Below, one piece after another: positions 57,888 to 64,000 of a stretch of 64,000 nucleotides of DNA. Made by a program: the position numbers and the translations under genes. Below the pieces are notes generated by a model. It ran no database searches. It saw only the letters and a program-made list of their open reading frames with translations, and was not told the origin of the DNA. This stretch comes from an uncultured bacterium (lineage in GTDB: Bacteria; Patescibacteriota; Kazan-3B-28), in NCBI GenBank assembly GCA_963695435.1, contig OY968788.1, forward strand, positions 134,330 through 198,329, written 5' to 3'. The stretch's first letter is position 1. Each line of letters begins with the position of its first letter.

Positions 57888-57933
57888 AGAATAGAGAATA
57901 GAGAATAGAGAATAGAGAATAGAGAATAGAGAA
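57885..57933. repeat. (TAGAGAA)7 tandem repeat
   Basis: Seven perfect heptamers filling the uppS-rseP spacer. Confidence 0.95.
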
Positions 57934-59015
57934 TGACTTTTGTTACAGTAATAGTTTTCATTTTGATTTTCAGCCTGCTGGTGCTGGTGCACGAGGCGGG
58001 TCATTTTATGGCCGCCAAAAGAGCGGGAGTGAAGGTGGAAGAATTCGGGCTTGGATTGCCACCGCGAATTTGGGGCAAAAGAAAACACGGGACAATTTGG
58101 TCATTCAACTGGATTCCATTTGGCGGGTTTGTTCGGCTGAAGGGCGAGGATGGTGAACACGCGCACGATAAAGATTCGATGGCGCACAAAAAAGCCGGTC
58201 CAAGACTTTGGATCATTGTCGCGGGAGTGTTGATGAACTTTTTATTGGCGTATGTTTTGTTGATGCTTGGTTTTTGGTTTGGGATGGCGCCACTGGCACT
58301 TGATTTAAAAGCATTGGGCGAAGGAGAATATCAATCAAAGGTGATAGTGCTGGATGTGGTAAAGGGTTCCCCGGCAGAAACTGCTGGTATCAAGTCGGGA
58401 GATACAATTGTTTCTGTAGGGGGAACACAGATTACTTTAGTTAGCCAGTTACAGAGTATTTTGGCCGCAAAGACTAGTGCCAAAATAATCGTGGAACGGG
58501 ACGAGAAACCTGTGGCGCTGACAGTCGCAACTAAGGCGGAAGATGGAAAACGAATTATTGGGGTGTTGATAGATGAGGTGGTGGCATCGGTGAAATACAC
58601 TTGGTGGAAGGTGCCGTATTACGCGCTGTTAGATTTTATTTTGTTAGTGAAGCAAATTGCTGCCGCGTTGGTAGCGTTTGTGGTGCATTTATTTACAACT
58701 GCTTCAATTCAGGAATCAGTATCGGGGCCGGTGGGGATTGCTAAAGTTACTAGTGAGGCGGTGAAACTGGGATGGCTCTATACATTACAGTTGGTGGCAT
58801 TTTTGAGCGTGAACTTGGGGTTGATCAATATTGTTCCGTTCCCGGCACTGGATGGCGGGAGGTTGATATTTATTCTGCTTGAAATGGGAAGGGGCGGGAA
58901 GAAGGTCAGCAAAAAAGTTGAGAATGCGATTCACAGTCTCGGATTTATTTTATTGTTAGCACTAATTTTTGCAGTTACTTACCGAGACATCATTCATCTA
59001 TTCAATCCGGCCTAA
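57933..59015 (+). CDS. rseP: RIP metalloprotease RseP
   Basis: HEAGH, PDZ domain, PALDGG. Confidence 0.95.
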   Translation: MTFVTVIVFILIFSLLVLVHEAGHFMAAKRAGVKVEEFGLGLPPRIWGKRKHGTIWSFNWIPFGGFVRLKGEDGEHAHDKDSMAHKKAGPRLWIIVAGVLMNFLLAYVLLMLGFWFGMAPLALDLKALGEGEYQSKVIVLDVVKGSPAETAGIKSGDTIVSVGGTQITLVSQLQSILAAKTSAKIIVERDEKPVALTVATKAEDGKRIIGVLIDEVVASVKYTWWKVPYYALLDFILLVKQIAAALVAFVVHLFTTASIQESVSGPVGIAKVTSEAVKLGWLYTLQLVAFLSVNLGLINIVPFPALDGGRLIFILLEMGRGGKKVSKKVENAIHSLGFILLLALIFAVTYRDIIHLFNPA

Positions 59016-59018
59016 TTC

Positions 59019-59816
59019 ATGAGATTACTTGAGGGGAAGAAGTTGGCGGATAAAATGACTCGCAGTTTAGCGGGGAAGTTTAGGGGTGTAGGGACACTTG
59101 CAGGGGTACTGGTGGGCGATAATTCTGCCTCTATCCTGTATTTAAAGAAGAAGAAGGAGTTGGCGGAGACGCTTGGGGTAAAGTTTGTTTTGCACAAATT
59201 GCCCTCTAAGGCGACGCTTAAACAAGTAGTCGGTCTAATTGAGAAATTGAATTGCGACAAAAAGACAGCGGGGATTATTGTTCAACTTCCATTACCGAAA
59301 CATTTAGATACAGACGCGATTGTGAATATGGTTGAGCCAAAAAAAGATGTTGATGGATTGACGGATGCGAATAATATTTCAGGGGAAGTGTTGCCAGCAA
59401 CGGCAACGGGAATTTTGAAACTGCTTGCGGAATATAAAATATCGTTAGCGAATAAAAAGATTGTATTGGTTGGATGGACTAGGCTTTTGAATATTCCATT
59501 GAGTTTGTATTTTGCAAGAAAAGGGAATCAAGTGGTGGTAATTCAAGAAGGAACGAAGAATTTTGGCGAACTTAAACAAGCCGACATTATTATTACCGCA
59601 GTTGGAAAAGCGAATTTAATTAAGGGCAAAGATATCAAAGAAGGAGCAGTAGTGGTGGATGCAGGGATAAGTCGGGCAGGGGGCAAGTTAGTGGGGGACT
59701 GCGAGTTTGCTTCGGTCAGTAAAAAGGCGAGTTTTATAACGCCGGTGCCGGGTGGGGTAGGACCGATGACGGTGGTGAGTCTGTTGATAAACCTGAAAAC
59801 ACTGTCTAAAAAGTAG
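59019..59816 (+). CDS. folD: methylenetetrahydrofolate dehydrogenase/cyclohydrolase
   Basis: IVQLPLP, KDVDG, TPVPGGVGPMTV. Confidence 0.95.
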   Translation: MRLLEGKKLADKMTRSLAGKFRGVGTLAGVLVGDNSASILYLKKKKELAETLGVKFVLHKLPSKATLKQVVGLIEKLNCDKKTAGIIVQLPLPKHLDTDAIVNMVEPKKDVDGLTDANNISGEVLPATATGILKLLAEYKISLANKKIVLVGWTRLLNIPLSLYFARKGNQVVVIQEGTKNFGELKQADIIITAVGKANLIKGKDIKEGAVVVDAGISRAGGKLVGDCEFASVSKKASFITPVPGGVGPMTVVSLLINLKTLSKK

Positions 59817-59916
59817 CTCTGGGAGTGGATTTTAGACGGGGTTGACAGGAGAAAGCGTTTCCTTATAATTCATTTGTGCTAGGTCTAGATAGACCTAGTG
59901 GGGAGAAGTTTTTATT

Positions 59917-60393
59917 ATGATGGACGTTCAAGAATTGTATTTGTCAAAAGAGGGTTGGACCAAGCTGAAAGAGGAGCTGGCCGATCTTCAACTTCAAAGA
60001 GTCGAAGTAACGCAAAAAATCCGCGAAGCGCGGGAGTTTGGTGATTTGTCAGAAAACGCAGAATATCAGGAAGCAAAAACTCGCCAAGCGTTTATTGAAG
60101 GACGAATTGAAGAAATTGAAACAACGCTGAAGACAGCGAAGATTATCAATGGCAACGGTAACGGCGGGATCAATGGCGGTGAAGTGACAGTTGGTTCACA
60201 AGTGACAGTGAAGTTCAATGGTAAAGAAATTACTTACGACATTACCGGCTCCAATGAAGCTAGTCCTGAAGAAGGGAAGATCTCTAACGAATCGCCGTTG
60301 GGCAGAACTCTTATTGGCAGAAGAATTGGTGAAAAAGTGAAACTTGCGACTGGTGAAGGGGAGAGAGAATACCAGATCGTCAAAGTCAGCTAA
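59917..60393 (+). CDS. greA: transcription elongation factor GreA
   Basis: GDLSENAEY, ISNESPLG; promoter TTGACA..TATAAT at 59842-59869. Confidence 0.97.
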   Translation: MMDVQELYLSKEGWTKLKEELADLQLQRVEVTQKIREAREFGDLSENAEYQEAKTRQAFIEGRIEEIETTLKTAKIINGNGNGGINGGEVTVGSQVTVKFNGKEITYDITGSNEASPEEGKISNESPLGRTLIGRRIGEKVKLATGEGEREYQIVKVS

Positions 60394-60473
60394 ATTGGGT
60401 TGTTTGCGGAGAGGCGGTTCTGCCGTTCGGCAGAGCTGTTTTTGTGTATCCGACCTGATATAATAGTCAGGTT

Positions 60474-61943
60474 ATGGATAGTATCGACCAGATTATTTCA
60501 TTTAGATTAGAGAAGCTTCGGAAGCTACGGGAGAAGGGTGTTGACCCTTATCCTGCGAAATCTAACCGTACTTTGCGGGTGGATGAATTTGTAGAGAAGT
60601 TTGCTACTCTCAAGCGCGGTGGTAAAGCAGTGACGCTGGTAGGCAGGGTGATGGCGTTCCGAGAATTTGGCGGGCTTTCTTTTGGAAGAATAAAAGACGG
60701 ACACGGGGAAACGCAGATTTTGTTCAAGAAAGATGAAATAGGAGAGAAGGCTTACAAAGATTTAGGGTTGCTGGATATCGGTGACATTGTGCAGGTGCGC
60801 GGGAAAGCAATGCTCACTAAAAAAGGCGAAAAAACTTTGCTTGTGAGTACGCTCACAATGTTAGCGAAGAGTTTGCGTCCATTGCCCGAAAAATGGCACG
60901 GATTGACGGATCAAGAATCAAGATTCCGCCAAAGATATTTGGATTTGTTATTTAATTCCGAAATTAAAGAAAGATTTATTGTTCGGCACAAATTGGTGCA
61001 GACTATCCGCGAATTTTTGTTGAAGAGAGATTATGTCGAAGTAGATACTCCTGCGCTTCAGCCAATGCCCGGAGGCGCTCTCGCAACGCCATTTAAAACG
61101 CATTACAACGCGACTAATTCGGATGTGTATCTGCGGATTGCGCCAGAGCTGTATCTGAAGAGATTGATTATCGGGGGATTTGAGCGGGTGTTTGAGTTTG
61201 CCCGAGTATTTAGAAACGAAGGGGTTTCTACCCAGCATTTGCAGGATTTCACGATGCTGGAGTTTTATCAGGCGTATGCGACTTATGAAGATTTGATGAA
61301 GTTGACGGAAGATATGTTCACAGAAGTTTTGAAAAAAGTTTTCAAGACGACAAAGATAAAGTTTGGTGATAAAAATATCGATTTCAAAACGCCGTGGCCG
61401 AGAAAAACTTTTGGCCAACTAATCAAACAATATGCCGATATTGATATCGAAGCGTTCCCGACTGTCGAAAAACTGCAGGCGGAAATAAAGCGCAAGAAAA
61501 TAAAGATGAATTATTCAGGAAAGGCTGGGAGAGGAAAATTGATTGACGAACTATACAAAGAAAAAGTTCGGGCGAATTTGGTGAACCCGATTTTCTTAAT
61601 CGATCATCCGCTGGATTTGTCTCCGCTTTCCAAACAAAAAGATAATGACGAGACGAAAGTTCAGCGATTCCAGCTGGTGGTTTGCGGGATGGAAATCGTG
61701 AATGCGTTTTCGGAGCTGAATGATCCGATTGATCAGAAGGAGCGGTTCAAGGCGCAGGCGAAAATGAAAAAAGAGGGTGATGCGGAAGCTCACTCGATGG
61801 ATGATGATTTTGTGAAAGCATTAGAATATGGAATGCCACCGACAGCAGGTTTTGGGATGGGGATTGATAGGCTGGTGGCTATTCTGACTGATGCCGAGTC
61901 GGTACGGGAAGCGGTGCTATTTCCATTTGTAAAAGACAAATAA
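60474..61943 (+). CDS. lysS: lysine--tRNA ligase (class II)
   Basis: RQRYLDL, LRIAPELYLKRL, YGMPPTAGFGMGIDR. Confidence 0.98.
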   Translation: MDSIDQIISFRLEKLRKLREKGVDPYPAKSNRTLRVDEFVEKFATLKRGGKAVTLVGRVMAFREFGGLSFGRIKDGHGETQILFKKDEIGEKAYKDLGLLDIGDIVQVRGKAMLTKKGEKTLLVSTLTMLAKSLRPLPEKWHGLTDQESRFRQRYLDLLFNSEIKERFIVRHKLVQTIREFLLKRDYVEVDTPALQPMPGGALATPFKTHYNATNSDVYLRIAPELYLKRLIIGGFERVFEFARVFRNEGVSTQHLQDFTMLEFYQAYATYEDLMKLTEDMFTEVLKKVFKTTKIKFGDKNIDFKTPWPRKTFGQLIKQYADIDIEAFPTVEKLQAEIKRKKIKMNYSGKAGRGKLIDELYKEKVRANLVNPIFLIDHPLDLSPLSKQKDNDETKVQRFQLVVCGMEIVNAFSELNDPIDQKERFKAQAKMKKEGDAEAHSMDDDFVKALEYGMPPTAGFGMGIDRLVAILTDAESVREAVLFPFVKDK

Positions 61944-61944
61944 T

Positions 61945-63153
61945 ATGTTGGATTTTAAAGCAATCAAAAACAATCAGGACGAATGGGAAGCAGGGCTAAA
62001 GCGCAAGGGCGCTAAAGTTAATTTGGATAATCTGATAGAGCTTTCGGGCAAATACAGCGATTTACTGCAAAAAGTAGAAGCTTCGCGGGCAGACAAAAAT
62101 GCGGCGGCGAAGCATAAGGATGTTGAAGCGGGGAAGAAAATTGGCAAGGAGCTGGAAAAACTGGAAAAAGATTTGGCAAAATTGGAAGCTGAATTGGAGA
62201 AAGAATCTGTCGAGATTCCAAATCTGCCTTTGGCGGATGTGCCCGAAGGTGGGGAAGCGGATGGAAAAGTTTTGGGCAAAAACGGCGAAGTTTCAAAAAT
62301 AAAACATCCCAAAGACCATGTTGAATTAGGCAAGACATTAAACATTATTGATATTGAGCGGGGAGCGAAAGTTTCGGGCGCAAGATTTTACTTTCTGAAG
62401 AATCAAGCGGTGCAGTTAGAATTTGCGTTGGTGAATTATGTTTTGGAAATTTTAGGGAAGAAAGGCTTTGATTTTCTGATGGGTCCGCAGTTGCTTTCTG
62501 AAAAAGTGATGATGGCGGGCGGATATTTGGGGAAGGCGAAAGATGAAGTTTACAAAACGCAGGACGATTTGTATTTGGCGGGGACATCCGAGCAAATTAT
62601 TTTGGGATATCATTTGGACGAAATTATTGAAGTGCCGAAGCGGTACGCCAGTTTTTCAACTTGTTTTAGAAGAGAGGCGGGAAGCTACGGCAAAGATGTG
62701 AAGGGGATTATTCGCACTCATCAATTCGACAAAGTAGAAATGTTTTCATTTGTTATTCCCGAACAGTCAGAAAAGGAACTTGAATTTTTGGTGAGTGTTC
62801 AGGAGGAGATTTTGCAAGGGCTGGAAATCCCGTATCAAAAAATAATGTTGGCGGGAGGGGATTTGAGTATTGCCAGCGCCAAGACGATTGATTTGGAAAG
62901 TTGGATTCCATCCCAAGAGAAATATCGGGAAACTCATTCGTGCAGTAACTGCACCGATTGGCAGGCGAGACGAGGAAATATCCGATACAAGGGCAAGGAT
63001 GGCAAATCGGAATTCGTGCATACACTAAACGGCACAGCTATTGCTATCGGGAGAATCTTGGCAGTATTTTTGGAAAATCATCAGCAGGAAGATGGAAGTG
63101 TCAGTATCCCCAAGGCGCTTCAGCCGTATTTAGGATTCAAGGAAATTAAGTAA
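61945..63153 (+). CDS. serS: serine--tRNA ligase
   Basis: GTSE, FRREAG, HQFDKVE, HTLNGT. Confidence 0.98.
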   Translation: MLDFKAIKNNQDEWEAGLKRKGAKVNLDNLIELSGKYSDLLQKVEASRADKNAAAKHKDVEAGKKIGKELEKLEKDLAKLEAELEKESVEIPNLPLADVPEGGEADGKVLGKNGEVSKIKHPKDHVELGKTLNIIDIERGAKVSGARFYFLKNQAVQLEFALVNYVLEILGKKGFDFLMGPQLLSEKVMMAGGYLGKAKDEVYKTQDDLYLAGTSEQIILGYHLDEIIEVPKRYASFSTCFRREAGSYGKDVKGIIRTHQFDKVEMFSFVIPEQSEKELEFLVSVQEEILQGLEIPYQKIMLAGGDLSIASAKTIDLESWIPSQEKYRETHSCSNCTDWQARRGNIRYKGKDGKSEFVHTLNGTAIAIGRILAVFLENHQQEDGSVSIPKALQPYLGFKEIK

Positions 63154-64000
63154 TGGTGAAATTTCTCGAGCGGATTTTGGGGGATCCGAACAAACAGGCA
63201 ATCAAGAAACTAAAGCCGATCGTTGATCGGGTTAATTTGCTGGAGCCTTCTATTGAGCCATTGTCAGATGAAGAACTAAAGGCAAAAACGGAATATTTTA
63301 AGGAACTTCTGGCGGGCGGAAAAACTTTGGATGATATTTTGCCTGAAGCTTTTGCCGTGGTGCGCGAATCAGCCAAGAGAGTTTTGGGCGAACGGCATTT
63401 TGATGTTCAGTTGATGGGAGGCGCAGCACTTCACCAAGGAAAAATTGCGGAGATGAGAACGGGTGAAGGAAAAACTTTGGTTGCCACTTTGCCTGTCTAT
63501 TTGAATGCTTTGAGCGGAAAAGGTGTGCATGTTGTTACCGTAAACGATTACCTGGCTAAGCGTGACTCGGAATGGATGGGTAAGGTTTATGAATTTTTGG
63601 GGCTGACCGTGGGTGTGATTACGCACGATACCAGCCCAACGGATAGAAAGATGGCGTATGCGGCTGATATTACTTACGGAACAAACAATGAATTCGGGTT
63701 TGATTATTTGCGGGACAATATGGCGGGGCGGAAAGAGGATCAAGTCCAGCGAGGGCTGAACTTTGCCATCGTGGACGAAGTTGACTCTATTTTGGTTGAT
63801 GAAGCGAGAACTCCTTTGATTATTTCCGCACCCGACGAGGAATCGACCCAGCATTACAAACAATTTGCGGCACTGGTACCGCAACTGCAAAAAGATACCG
63901 ATTATACGACTGACGATAAAACTAAGTCGGCGATTTTGACGGAAGCGGGAATTGAGAAAATCCAAAAGCTTCTTGGCATTGATGATATTTATGAATCGGG
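63153..64000 (+). CDS. secA: preprotein translocase SecA (runs off window end)
   Basis: Manual translation: [57 protein letters not shown]. Confidence 0.96.
   Translation, partial: MVKFLERILGDPNKQAIKKLKPIVDRVNLLEPSIEPLSDEELKAKTEYFKELLAGGKTLDDILPEAFAVVRESAKRVLGERHFDVQLMGGAALHQGKIAEMRTGEGKTLVATLPVYLNALSGKGVHVVTVNDYLAKRDSEWMGKVYEFLGLTVGVITHDTSPTDRKMAYAADITYGTNNEFGFDYLRDNMAGRKEDQVQRGLNFAIVDEVDSILVDEARTPLIISAPDEESTQHYKQFAALVPQLQKDTDYTTDDKTKSAILTEAGIEKIQKLLGIDDIYES

Noticed and set aside
1660-63965. Long antisense or overlapping ORFs in the track (e.g. 1660-2286, 13638-14264, 22975-23628, 26767-27522, 49780-50526, 63369-63965)
   Set aside because: Shadows of well-supported genes on the opposite strand, with no recognisable motifs.
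1-64000. Alternative genetic code (TGA=Gly) as in some CPR lineages
   Set aside because: Conserved genes are full-length under code 11, and TGA serves as the stop in hisS, secD and ileS.

Overview
Chromosomal window of a small-genome bacterium, most likely CPR/Patescibacteria. This is inferred from the gene content, the scarcity of biosynthetic genes, many SD-less or leaderless starts, a short EF-Ts and a PaaX/Cas2-like gene; the code is standard code 11. Most genes are housekeeping: recG, tyrS, PBP1A, tig, clpP, holB, 4 tRNAs, rplK/A/J/L, tmk, secD/F, hisS, rpsU, ybeY, ftsA/Z, nrdR/nrdJ, ileS, rplU, lepB, rpsB-tsf-frr-uppS-rseP-folD, greA, lysS, serS and secA. Accessory inserts are two toxin-antitoxin pairs, a defence island (two methyltransferase genes, a GIY-YIG-helicase and a HEPN-like gene), a PaaX/Cas2-like gene bracketed by 34-bp palindromes, orphan lipoproteins and a 1457-aa tandem-cyclase/ATPase/TPR protein. 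The most striking unexplained signal is non-coding: at least five families of small structured repeats, several showing covariation, each tied to a specific address. The addresses are (i) the start codon of rplK and ftsA, (ii) 1-4 nt after the stop of rplA, rplL, rpsU and frr, (iii) directly after tRNA CCA ends, (iv) behind gene ends, and (v) in frame inside ribosomal proteins and HolB. There is also a promoter- and terminator-bounded ~180-nt rod-shaped RNA (6S-like candidate). No CRISPR array, rRNA or transposase was seen. All calls are by eye, without database searches.
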